A stretch of 64,000 nucleotides of DNA, from IMG/VR virus record IMGVR_UViG_3300005253_000004, positions 55,471-119,470 of that record. The stretch is one strand, 5' to 3'. The notes under the pieces were generated by a model. The model did no database searches. It was not told the origin of the DNA and saw nothing but the letters and a program-made list of their open reading frames with translations. A program made the translations under genes and the position numbers. Source of the stretch: a virus. Shown piece by piece: positions 27,685-35,208 of the stretch. Numbering within the stretch: the first letter of the stretch is position 1; every line of letters begins with the position of its first letter.

Positions 27685-27742
27685 AACATAGACCAAAGGC
27701 TACAGAGCCTCTAGTACCGCCTCTGCGCCCTTGAGCTATGTT
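27685..27742 (-). promoter_or_regulatory. repeated intergenic RNA hairpin element, copy 4
   Basis: AACAUAGCUCAAGGGC/GCCUUUGGUCUAUGUU plus upper stem GCAGAG/CUCUGU. Confidence 0.75.
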
Positions 27743-27834
27743 ACTTCGGGGGTCAGCCTAACCTCCCATGAGGTATTCTAGCCCTCTGATGGCTGTGTAG
27801 ACTATGACTCCGAGGCATATGATCTCGAAGAGAC

Positions 27835-28128
27835 TCAAGACCCGAACACGGTGCCCTTGAGAGCCGATGCCTTGATGCTCCAGAGGCTATCCTCGCGGCA
27901 CCAACGCGCTTTGCCCCGTGACGAAGCGCCGTAGCGGATCGCCTTGAGCTGCTTACGCAGCTTCAGGTCGTCCTTGGGGATGCTGACGAACACGTACCGC
28001 TCACCGTAGGCCTCGGTGTTCTTTGCGTTCTCAGTGATAACGATGCCATTGTCCTTGCCAGCAGCGGCTATGACGGCATTGAGCTTCTTCAGCTCTTTGT
28101 GTGCTGCCTTCAGTTCGGTCTTGGTCAT
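27835..28128 (-). CDS. hypothetical protein, GKARW...WS family
   Basis: MTKTELK...RYGASSRGKARWCREDSLWSI...GTVFG. Confidence 0.75.
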   Translation of the reverse strand: MTKTELKAAHKELKKLNAVIAAAGKDNGIVITENAKNTEAYGERYVFVSIPKDDLKLRKQLKAIRYGASSRGKARWCREDSLWSIKASALKGTVFGS

Positions 28129-28361
28129 TATGTCTCCTTTTTAGTGAACCCCAAGTTGATCTCTCTGTCCCATCGTTGCTTCGTGAGCCTACGATGTTGT
28201 CGCTCTGCTACCGCGACCCTGTGCTGTTGAGCCTCCACCGCAGCTTTCAGAGTCTCCAGCTTGGTGCTTTGTACCTCGATCCTGGCTTCTTGGCGTCTGA
28301 GGTTGTCACACGCTCTGACGTACAAGTCCATAGGGCTTTCTCTCTTGGAGAGTTTATACAT
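28128..28361 (-). CDS. hypothetical coiled-coil protein
   Basis: 77 aa, GGAGG SD. Confidence 0.6.
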   Translation of the reverse strand: MYKLSKRESPMDLYVRACDNLRRQEARIEVQSTKLETLKAAVEAQQHRVAVAERQHRRLTKQRWDREINLGFTKKET

Positions 28362-28411
28362 TTAGGCCTCCTGTGGCCTTGGACAAGGGGGCGAAAGGTC
28401 AATGAATCCGG

Positions 28412-28708
28412 TTACTTGCCGAACACGGTGCCTTCAAGGGCCGAAGTCAAGACGCTCCAGGCAACTTCGTCCTTGTTCCAGCGGGCCTTACCGTGCGCAA
28501 ACCGGCCCCAACGCAGCGCCTTGATCTGCTTACGCAGCTCCGTGGAGGTCTTGGGGATCTTCACGAAGCTATAATCACCGAATTCGGCGTTCTTCGCGTT
28601 GACGTAGACCTCGATCTCCGTGTTGCCTTCGGCAATCTCGTGCTTTGCGATGAAGGCATTGAGTCGTTTGAGGTCAGCCTTAGCCTTGCGCAGTTCTGTC
28701 TTGGTCAT
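28412..28708 (-). CDS. hypothetical protein, GKARW...WS family, first gene after early-type promoter
   Basis: MTKTELR...GKARWNKDEVAWSV...GTVFG; start reset to ATG after AGGAG. Confidence 0.75.
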   Translation of the reverse strand: MTKTELRKAKADLKRLNAFIAKHEIAEGNTEIEVYVNAKNAEFGDYSFVKIPKTSTELRKQIKALRWGRFAHGKARWNKDEVAWSVLTSALEGTVFGK

Positions 28709-28771
28709 TATGTTCTCCTGTCGGGGTATAGTGTTACCGTAGCAGCGGACTGCCCGCCGCTCGACAAAACG

Positions 28772-28800
28772 AGTATCGCACGTCAAGTCGAGAAAGTCAA
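28772..28800 (-). promoter_or_regulatory. host-type sigma70 promoter heading the early-type operon
   Basis: TTGACT-17-GATACT with TG extension; IHF-consensus AATCAACTACTTA at 28812-28824. Confidence 0.65.
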
Positions 28801-29355
28801 ATCCTCAACAAAATCAACTACTTACACGACCGACTTGCCGGTTCATACATGGTAAACCCCCCGCTAAGCTGCTGTTAATAACACTTTTTAGTGATACTGT
28901 TTAGTACTGATAATACCCTAGACAGGACGTGGGGTTACAGCAATAGTGCTTCAATGCCGTGGAGTTACAGCCTTGAGTACCTACTACTGTTTCCAAGGGG
29001 GGGGTGGGTCTATTGGTGTTGCCATCAGCTTAATATATCCAACTAGATCGCGGGGTTAGCCCAATCTGTGTAGTTTTAGACCCTTTTTGCTCTTTATGTG
29101 CTTTAATTAGACCGGTCATTCGCAAGAATGCCTTTATTTACGTGTACTTAGCCTTATTCCTTAGTGTATACCCACAAGAACCCAGAGGACAAGAGGTCTA
29201 GAGAGCCTAAGTAGTGGTTATAACGTACACATGGGGGTTTATGGTGGTAGTAGGGGTGTTTATGGTAAGTGTTCGTTGTTTCTTACGAATCTCTTGACTT
29301 GGTTGAGTCCGGACTCGGGTATCAGACCCCCGAAAAGGGGCCATTTAGGTGTTAT
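28801..29355. other. long non-coding region with short repeats and a G run (possible genome end/pac or origin)
   Basis: no credible ORF; CGYGKRSTTAS motif at 28928, 28958, 29049, 29141; G8 run near 28997. Confidence 0.45.
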
Positions 29356-29670
29356 TTAGGGGGCTTTTTGAGCAATTTGCATTATGGCGTACGCATGTTC
29401 TGATTCGAGCATCAAATACAAACATTCCAGCTCCTCCGGAGGCGATCTCAGACAGCGGGAGCAAGCCCAGCAGGGATCGGGGTGTCTTGCTCTCATGGGG
29501 AACTCGGCGTTCAAGTACAATACTAGTAGGTACTCAAGGCCCCCTTTGAGCACCGGTTGGCACAGGTGGTACATGTGGTGTAACCCCGAAACACTCGAAA
29601 CACTCGATTTCGCTATCACCCAGTCGTTCATTTCGAGCTTGATTTTTAGTCTGGAGCCGTCTTTAGTCAT
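29356..29670 (-). CDS. Zn-finger paralog, array member 15 (last)
   Basis: NDWVI...YHLC...CSRCLRSPPEELECLYLML. Confidence 0.8.
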   Translation of the reverse strand: MTKDGSRLKIKLEMNDWVIAKSSVSSVSGLHHMYHLCQPVLKGGLEYLLVLYLNAEFPMRARHPDPCWACSRCLRSPPEELECLYLMLESEHAYAIMQIAQKAP

Positions 29671-29912
29671 GCTCCCTCCTTCAAGAACCAGAACATGGCC
29701 TGGATGCCCTCCGGAGGAGCCTCCCTACATGCGAAACACGGGATACCCCGGTAGCAAAGACCGTAAACGAACGGATGCCATTCCAAATCGCTTCCGCATT
29801 TATGCCTACTGCAGGAACCACGGCATCTATGCTCGATGCTGATCGCCCGGATGGAGTTCAAATTGCGCCAGGCAAGCCGGAATGCCCCGATAGTGATTAG
29901 AGGCTCAGTCAT
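29667..29912 (-). CDS. Zn-finger paralog, array member 14
   Basis: IGAFRL...EHRC...CFACREAPPEGIQAMFWFL. Confidence 0.8.
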   Translation of the reverse strand: MTEPLITIGAFRLAWRNLNSIRAISIEHRCRGSCSRHKCGSDLEWHPFVYGLCYRGIPCFACREAPPEGIQAMFWFLKEGA

Positions 29913-30183
29913 TTTCCCTCCTAGAGTCCATATCTCCGGTCAGCATGACAAACAGCGCCTGAAGACCCTCAGGGACACGGGAGTGACATTGCGTGCAAGG
30001 ATATTGGAAGTACCGATAGATGTCTCGCCGAGCTGTCCACCACGAATGTTCACAGTTATGCCACAGATAATACAAGTAAGGGGTTCCTTGCTGGTGTTCT
30101 GGCGTTCCTTCTGTTTGCTCGTACAGCCCCCACCCTGCTTCAAAGGCGATGGGGTCAGGTTGCGGTTTCGGTTCAGTATCCAT
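29905..30183 (-). CDS. Zn-finger paralog, array member 13
   Basis: AGWGL...WHNC...CTQCHSRVPEGLQALFVMLTGDM. Confidence 0.8.
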   Translation of the reverse strand: MDTEPKPQPDPIAFEAGWGLYEQTEGTPEHQQGTPYLYYLWHNCEHSWWTARRDIYRYFQYPCTQCHSRVPEGLQALFVMLTGDMDSRREND

Positions 30184-30186
30184 AGT

Positions 30187-30408
30187 CTACTCCTCCTTCA
30201 TGAATAAGAGCATCACTTGGATACTGTCCGGAGCTCTCTCTTGACAATTCCGACAAGGGCGATGACAAAGGCTAGGGGTTCCGCTAAACCCTTCCCATCG
30301 GTCCTTACACCGGTGCTCGATGAACCACCAGTCATATCCGCCCTTGTACCTGTACCGGGATAATCGGAAGTTTCCATATTCAAAGCGGACCGTTTTGTAG
30401 TCAGCCAT
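30187..30408 (-). CDS. Zn-finger paralog, array member 12
   Basis: YGNFRL...EHRC...CRNCQERAPDSIQVMLLFM. Confidence 0.8.
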   Translation of the reverse strand: MADYKTVRFEYGNFRLSRYRYKGGYDWWFIEHRCKDRWEGFSGTPSLCHRPCRNCQERAPDSIQVMLLFMKEE

Positions 30409-30640
30409 TGGGCTCTTCCTTCATAATCCAGAATATCGCTTGAAGGCCGTCTGAGGGACGACTCTTACACCAAGAGCACTTCCACCCCCGCGCCTGGACG
30501 CTGAAGATACGTCCGCGCCAGCAACCTTCATCGTCGTGGCCTTCTGGCACGGGGCACTTGTGCTCTAGGTACGTGTGCCGCATTATTGTCCCCATGTGCC
30601 GGCGGACCAGTCGGTAATCATTGTCAGTTTTGAGAACCAT
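30401..30640 (-). CDS. Zn-finger paralog, array member 11
   Basis: NDYRL...EHKC...CSWCKSRPSDGLQAIFWIM; start reset. Confidence 0.8.
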   Translation of the reverse strand: MVLKTDNDYRLVRRHMGTIMRHTYLEHKCPVPEGHDDEGCWRGRIFSVQARGWKCSWCKSRPSDGLQAIFWIMKEEPNG

Positions 30641-30654
30641 CAAGGTCGCCTCAA

Positions 30655-31080
30655 TCAGTAGGCCCTTCCTAAGGGGAGTAAAACCCCGCCTGACCAAGGC
30701 CCAAATGTACCCGGCGGGTCGTCTTCTTCCACGCGCCTGCGCAGTTCCAGGACTTCGCTTACCTCCAAGGAGGTGTTGTCCGGCTCCAGCAGGCACCAGA
30801 CAGCAACGATGCTTGCGGGTGGAACTGCGAAGCAGTTCTCGCAGTGCCAGTTGGGCTTGATCTTCCGGGTCCCGTTGATAGAGAAGTCAGACCCTATGTC
30901 GGCTCGGTACTCACAGAGGTACATATCCCATTCAGTCTTTTCGCACTGGTGCCAGAGCCCATGCGTGGTGAACCTGTTATGATACTGGAGGATCCTCCAC
31001 CGGCCTCGTTTGAGCTTCTCAGCACCGTACTCTGTTTCGATGTACTCTGCTTGGGACTTCCATACGCCTTTCAGACTCAT
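30655..31080 (-). CDS. Zn-finger paralog, array member 10
   Basis: RGRWRI...WHQC...CENCFAVPPASIVAVWCLL; start reset. Confidence 0.8.
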   Translation of the reverse strand: MSLKGVWKSQAEYIETEYGAEKLKRGRWRILQYHNRFTTHGLWHQCEKTEWDMYLCEYRADIGSDFSINGTRKIKPNWHCENCFAVPPASIVAVWCLLEPDNTSLEVSEVLELRRRVEEDDPPGTFGPWSGGVLLPLGRAY

Positions 31081-31343
31081 GACCCCTCCATCAAGAACCA
31101 GAAACACGCCTGAAGCCCTTCGGCGGGGCGTTCTTTGCATAAGGGGCATTCCGTGCCTCGGTTGCCGGTCGTGTAGATCATCCCACGCCATTGTTCTTCC
31201 CATTTAAGGCCAGCAACAGAGCACTTGTGCTCGATGAGGATTACTGCGGGGAGATACACGGCGCCCATCCCGGTTTGACGGGTGTACTGGCGAATTCGCC
31301 ATCTGTCGATCTGGAGGTGGACTGTCGATCCGAGGTCACTCAT
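31077..31343 (-). CDS. Zn-finger paralog, array member 9
   Basis: IDRWRI...EHKC...CPLCKERPAEGLQACFWFL. Confidence 0.8.
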   Translation of the reverse strand: MSDLGSTVHLQIDRWRIRQYTRQTGMGAVYLPAVILIEHKCSVAGLKWEEQWRGMIYTTGNRGTECPLCKERPAEGLQACFWFLMEGS

Positions 31344-31579
31344 GGCTTCATATCCCCTGTCATCAGGACGAACATTGCTTGGATCCCTTCGGGGACTGCT
31401 TTATGACACCAACCACAAGGGTGGTGTAGCCCTCTATACCTATACCGAGTAGCCACTAAGCCAGTGGTGTCTAGACATACGTGATGAAGAAAGTGACTCA
31501 TTTGCCAGCTAGGGCTCTGGTCTTGTGTGACGCAGAGGTCCCAGGTATCCTCAGACCAGATGACGTCTTTGGTCTTCAT
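31340..31579 (-). CDS. Zn-finger paralog, array member 8
   Basis: DTWDL...HHVC...CGWCHKAVPEGIQAMFVLMTGDM. Confidence 0.8.
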   Translation of the reverse strand: MKTKDVIWSEDTWDLCVTQDQSPSWQMSHFLHHVCLDTTGLVATRYRYRGLHHPCGWCHKAVPEGIQAMFVLMTGDMKP

Positions 31580-31959
31580 GGCTTGTACTCCCAGATCTGT
31601 CCAGGCTGCCCGATCGGTGTGCCACTACCCATGTAGAAGAAACCCCCTGGGACTAGGTAGAGGTAGTTCGAGGAGTAGAAGGGTGAGAGCTCTTCTTGGT
31701 ACTGGGGTTCTTCTAGGAGGTCGAAGTTCTTCAGCTTCCATAATCCCATGATCGAGTCCGGGATATCTGCTCCACAATGCATACAGGTCTGCATCGTCTT
31801 CATTTCCCAGGTGCTGATCGGCTTGTACTGGAGCAGAAAGTTCCACTTCCATTTGCACTTGTGATAAACTGTATCGAACATATCCTCGTACCCAGGGATA
31901 CCCTTGATGATCCAGCCTTGATCCTTAAATAGAACTCCTTCGTCACGCAAGCGACTCAT
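31576..31959 (-). CDS. Zn-finger paralog, array member 7
   Basis: QGWII...YHKC...CMHCGADIPDSIMGLWKL; start reset. Confidence 0.8.
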   Translation of the reverse strand: MSRLRDEGVLFKDQGWIIKGIPGYEDMFDTVYHKCKWKWNFLLQYKPISTWEMKTMQTCMHCGADIPDSIMGLWKLKNFDLLEEPQYQEELSPFYSSNYLYLVPGGFFYMGSGTPIGQPGQIWEYKP

Positions 31960-32231
31960 CCGTGCTCCTGCCCGTATCGCACCAGCTCCCAAAACCCAAC
32001 CAGCTCAGTAGGAACGTCGGCGCAACAGTGGCTACAGCGTGGGTCGCCTTGAGGGTCATGTATCATGTTGGCATCCTTCTTCCACACGCTGGAGCATCGA
32101 TGCCACAATGTGGCAGTCGGTTGCCTCGCTCTGCCCTTCGACGGCGGGCCTAAGTATTCATCGTTGATGATGAAGAACCCATCATCCTCCCACAGGATTT
32201 TCCGATCGAGAAACTTAGGCACGGTAGTCAC
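31956..32231 (-). CDS. Zn-finger paralog, array member 6
   Basis: DGFFI...WHRC...CSHCCADVPTELVGFWEL. Confidence 0.8.
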   Translation of the reverse strand: MTTVPKFLDRKILWEDDGFFIINDEYLGPPSKGRARQPTATLWHRCSSVWKKDANMIHDPQGDPRCSHCCADVPTELVGFWELVRYGQEHG

Positions 32232-32582
32232 TCAAAACGGCATGCCGCGCAGCGAATCGGCCCAAGGATCCGGCTCCGAAGCGTCTGCTATTTCATTTGT
32301 ACTGCGGTCCCAGTCTAGCATGATGTAGGCCCCGGTTAGTCCTTCGGGGCTGAGAGCGTTGCACATCGTGCAGCGCCAGCCCTGCTCATCCGGACTAGAA
32401 TCGAAGCTCCTCCACGCGCCGTACCTGCACTCATAGATGGTACGGTGCTTGACGAGTTCTTCATCGCCGTAGTCATCGCAGTTGTGCCAGATCCGGACGT
32501 CCTTGCTCAATGCACTTTTCAGTAGCCGAAACCGACCTTCTCGCATCAGCATTTGCATGTATGCCCTAGGTTGGTGCGTCAT
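32232..32582 (-). CDS. Zn-finger paralog, array member 5
   Basis: EGRFRL...WHNC...CTMCNALSPEGLTGAYIMLDW; start reset. Confidence 0.8.
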   Translation of the reverse strand: MTHQPRAYMQMLMREGRFRLLKSALSKDVRIWHNCDDYGDEELVKHRTIYECRYGAWRSFDSSPDEQGWRCTMCNALSPEGLTGAYIMLDWDRSTNEIADASEPDPWADSLRGMPF

Positions 32583-32857
32583 CCTAGCATAGCCTCCATA
32601 TGTGTCATCTGCCATAAAGCTTGGATACTCTCGGGGATTTCTTCTTCGCACAACCCACAGCGAGGGGTGTTCTTCATGTTATCAGAGTGGACTACGAGTT
32701 CTTTTCGATCATCCTTAGGGCATTCATGAAGCACGATAGGTGCCTCGGAAAGGTGCTTCCACTTCACACCCCACTTAGTGGGTGCGAGGAGTTTCCACGT
32801 TCCTTCTTGGATTATAGGCGTATCGTTGTACAAGTAGCGATCATCTTCTAGTCCCAT
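32579..32857 (-). CDS. Zn-finger paralog, array member 4
   Basis: EGTWKL...LHEC...CGLCEEEIPESIQALWQM. Confidence 0.8.
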   Translation of the reverse strand: MGLEDDRYLYNDTPIIQEGTWKLLAPTKWGVKWKHLSEAPIVLHECPKDDRKELVVHSDNMKNTPRCGLCEEEIPESIQALWQMTHMEAMLG

Positions 32858-32869
32858 GGGTTCTTCCCT

Positions 32870-33076
32870 TTATCGCTTCTGGGGGCCTTCCGGCACCTTG
32901 AGGATGGTCCTGCTTTTGTCTAGCTTGCAGCCCTCGTCACAGTGGAACTTCATACTTTTTCTGCCGAACAGTTTCACGGCCTTCACAGGCTTATTGTGAT
33001 TCCGACAGTAACGTATTTTCGAAAACCCTGCCGCACTCGGAAGGACTGTTCTCGGATTGCGCATTCGTTTACCCAT
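32870..33076 (-). CDS. small basic Cys-containing protein interrupting the array
   Basis: CRNH...CDEGC. Confidence 0.6.
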   Translation of the reverse strand: MGKRMRNPRTVLPSAAGFSKIRYCRNHNKPVKAVKLFGRKSMKFHCDEGCKLDKSRTILKVPEGPQKR

Positions 33077-33249
33077 TACCCCTCCGTAGGCTCCTTAATT
33101 CTGCGTTGGATCTCTCTGCGAATATCAGCCACTATATACCCGCTACCCGAGTCGTCGTTGAAATAATCCTCATTGTCGTCTATGTATTCTATAAGTTCCT
33201 TCAGCTCGGCTTTGACTGCCATCTCTGCCGCGTATCTATTAATTCCCAT
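33076..33249 (-). CDS. hypothetical protein
   Basis: MGINRY start after AGGAG. Confidence 0.55.
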   Translation of the reverse strand: MGINRYAAEMAVKAELKELIEYIDDNEDYFNDDSGSGYIVADIRREIQRRIKEPTEG

Positions 33250-33257
33250 GGTGTCTC

Positions 33258-33587
33258 CTATGAGATTGGTGCTTCGTAAAGTCTGACTGCCATCGCAATG
33301 CCTTTGTCGAGAACGAACCCACACCCTTCACACCAATACATCGGGCCGTCGTTGTTCTCGCGGAGCGTCATCTCTTTGTAGTCTTCTCGTCCTTCGCAGT
33401 GGTGGACGAGCATTTCGTGCGGAACTGTGTTGTACTTAACGAGGTACACGTTTTCGGCTATTTTCTTCACCGAAGATTCCGTCTTTTGCGTCTCTTCTTT
33501 GGAAGGGACTCGTTGGTAAACGGTGTCACCCTGACCGAAGAACGCGGGGCGAGCACGACGAATGATGCGAGCTATACCTTCCTTCAT
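33258..33587 (-). CDS. Zn-finger paralog (divergent), array member 3
   Basis: VHHC...CEGCGFVLDKGIAMAVRL. Confidence 0.7.
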   Translation of the reverse strand: MKEGIARIIRRARPAFFGQGDTVYQRVPSKEETQKTESSVKKIAENVYLVKYNTVPHEMLVHHCEGREDYKEMTLRENNDGPMYWCEGCGFVLDKGIAMAVRLYEAPIS

Positions 33588-33943
33588 AGCTCCTCCTCCA
33601 TGATGATGATCCCTTTGATCCCATCAGAGAGGGTTTTCTCACAGCGACGGCACTTACCGTAGATGCTGATACCTCCTCCTTTGGTCTTGTAATACTCTAC
33701 CCATGACGGAGCCCTGATCCTATCGTCGTCACAGGCATGTGCCAATCGAGACCCTAGATCGTATTGTAGGGCCCTCCATGACGCGAACGAAAACCAGAGC
33801 GGGGAGTTCCTAGCAACGACGTTCAGCCGAGTGTACTCCTTCTGGACCCTCTCTACGATGACAGGCTTCGGGCACCAGTACCAGTCATCAATCTGAGGCC
33901 ACATCTCTTTGCGGATGAGCGTTTTCCGATGGTAGCTTCTCAA
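33584..33943 (-). CDS. Zn-finger paralog (divergent), array member 2
   Basis: AHAC...CRRCEKTLSDGIKGIIIM; TTG start overlapping upstream stop assumed. Confidence 0.65.
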   Translation of the reverse strand: MRSYHRKTLIRKEMWPQIDDWYWCPKPVIVERVQKEYTRLNVVARNSPLWFSFASWRALQYDLGSRLAHACDDDRIRAPSWVEYYKTKGGGISIYGKCRRCEKTLSDGIKGIIIMEEEL

Positions 33944-34254
33944 GCTAATCCCTCGTCGCCTGTCCCTAAGCCATCGCTCCAGATGGCTCGAAGTCCATTT
34001 TCGTCTTCTGAGTCCCATATTTCTTTGCATCCTGTACAGTAATACCAGCCGTGAGTAAAGTCCCATCGGACCCTTTCAGTCAGGATCACCCATGTTGAGG
34101 GGTCCCCTGTATCTAAATCTTGCTCACAGATATGCAGAAGGGGCTGTACCCCCTCGTTATCATGCAGGTTCGGATCTCTGACAAACCACGCATCCTTAGG
34201 GAGTTCCTTGACTGGAACCTTGTAAACACCAGTACCCTCTATCCATTCTTCCAT
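33940..34254 (-). CDS. Zn-finger paralog (divergent), array member 1, probably leaderless
   Basis: DAWFV...LHIC...CTGCKEIW; ATG lies 7 nt after TATAAT with no SD. Confidence 0.65.
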   Translation of the reverse strand: MEEWIEGTGVYKVPVKELPKDAWFVRDPNLHDNEGVQPLLHICEQDLDTGDPSTWVILTERVRWDFTHGWYYCTGCKEIWDSEDENGLRAIWSDGLGTGDEGLA

Positions 34255-34260
34255 ATCTTC

Positions 34261-34365
34261 ATTATAGCTTTTCTTTCAAACTTTTGCAACCCCCGAAAGC
34301 TTGCAATTTTCTGCGGGATAAGCTATAATGGTATACGTGCAAAGAAAAAGGAGAATTCCTATAAT
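34261..34365. promoter_or_regulatory. divergent promoter cluster: one leftward, two rightward
   Basis: minus TTGCAA(34289-84)-17-TATAAT(34266-61); plus TTGCAA(34301)-17-TATAAT(34324); plus GTGCAA(34337)-17-TATAAT(34360). Confidence 0.8.
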
Positions 34366-34731
34366 TAAGTAGGAGCAACGATATCCACCCAGGAGACTCC
34401 AGTCTCCCTGCTTCGCGAGGACGTGCCAATCTAGAGGTACGGTCATGGGACAGCCCAGCAGAGTTTACCTCGCGCAGCCTTTTAGGAGAATCATGATACT
34501 CTTTTTCAAATACTGGATCGAAGTCCTGAAACTGACCAAGGATCAGGCGTATAGGGTGCTCTACAGGTTCGTCCGGTTTTCGGCAGGTACAAAGGAAGAT
34601 GACGTTGTATAGGAGGCAACTCGTATGCTTAACGAACTTCAACTCAGAAGAAGGAGGTGATCTTTGTTTACGGGCCGTGGTGGCTCCGTGTACAGGTCAC
34701 CATGGTCCGCCCCTCGGGGCACAGGGAGAAT

Positions 34732-35208
34732 ATGAGTGATCAAGTAGTCCGTTATGAGACGGAAGAAGAGTACATCGAATATACAAATCATCGCCGCTGG
34801 CTCGCTACTGGTACACTGGTATCCTTCCCTGATTGGGCCAAGGATCCGGATGCTTACTGGAACGCGCACGCTGCCTACATACAGAAGCACCCCACCGCTG
34901 TCTTAGAGATGTGGACGCTGCTTCATAAAGAGCACATTGACCCCGGCACAGGCGAACTCCTCAGTCAAGACTGCAGTTATACCACTCTTGCGTATGAAAA
35001 TCTTGAGATAGGGAAAGTTTCTAGACAGCTCGTCAGAGACAACGAGCTGTCGGATCCAGGTACCCCTGTGTCTATAGAGTTTAGCGACATCAAAGAAGCA
35101 CAGAAAATGAGAGCGTTTCTGATGCAAGGAACGCCAGGATATTATTACGATATTAAGCATCGGGTGGGTGTGGCTATCATAGACAGGGAGACCAAAAATG
35201 CTGAATAA
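34732..35208 (+). CDS. hypothetical protein
   Basis: MSDQVV start after GGGAG. Confidence 0.65.
   Translation: MSDQVVRYETEEEYIEYTNHRRWLATGTLVSFPDWAKDPDAYWNAHAAYIQKHPTAVLEMWTLLHKEHIDPGTGELLSQDCSYTTLAYENLEIGKVSRQLVRDNELSDPGTPVSIEFSDIKEAQKMRAFLMQGTPGYYYDIKHRVGVAIIDRETKNAE

Noticed and set aside
21483-27742. Integron attC cassette array served by the tyrosine recombinase
   Set aside because: Some copies have AAC..GTT ends, but the R boxes are not conserved. G-U pairs and a UUCG loop favour RNA structure, and the recombinase is short, distant and shows no IntI-type insertion. Not fully excluded
29356-34254. Diversity-generating retroelement as the source of Zn-finger variation
   Set aside because: No reverse transcriptase in the window and no near-identical TR/VR pair differing only at adenines; paralogs differ by indels and deep divergence
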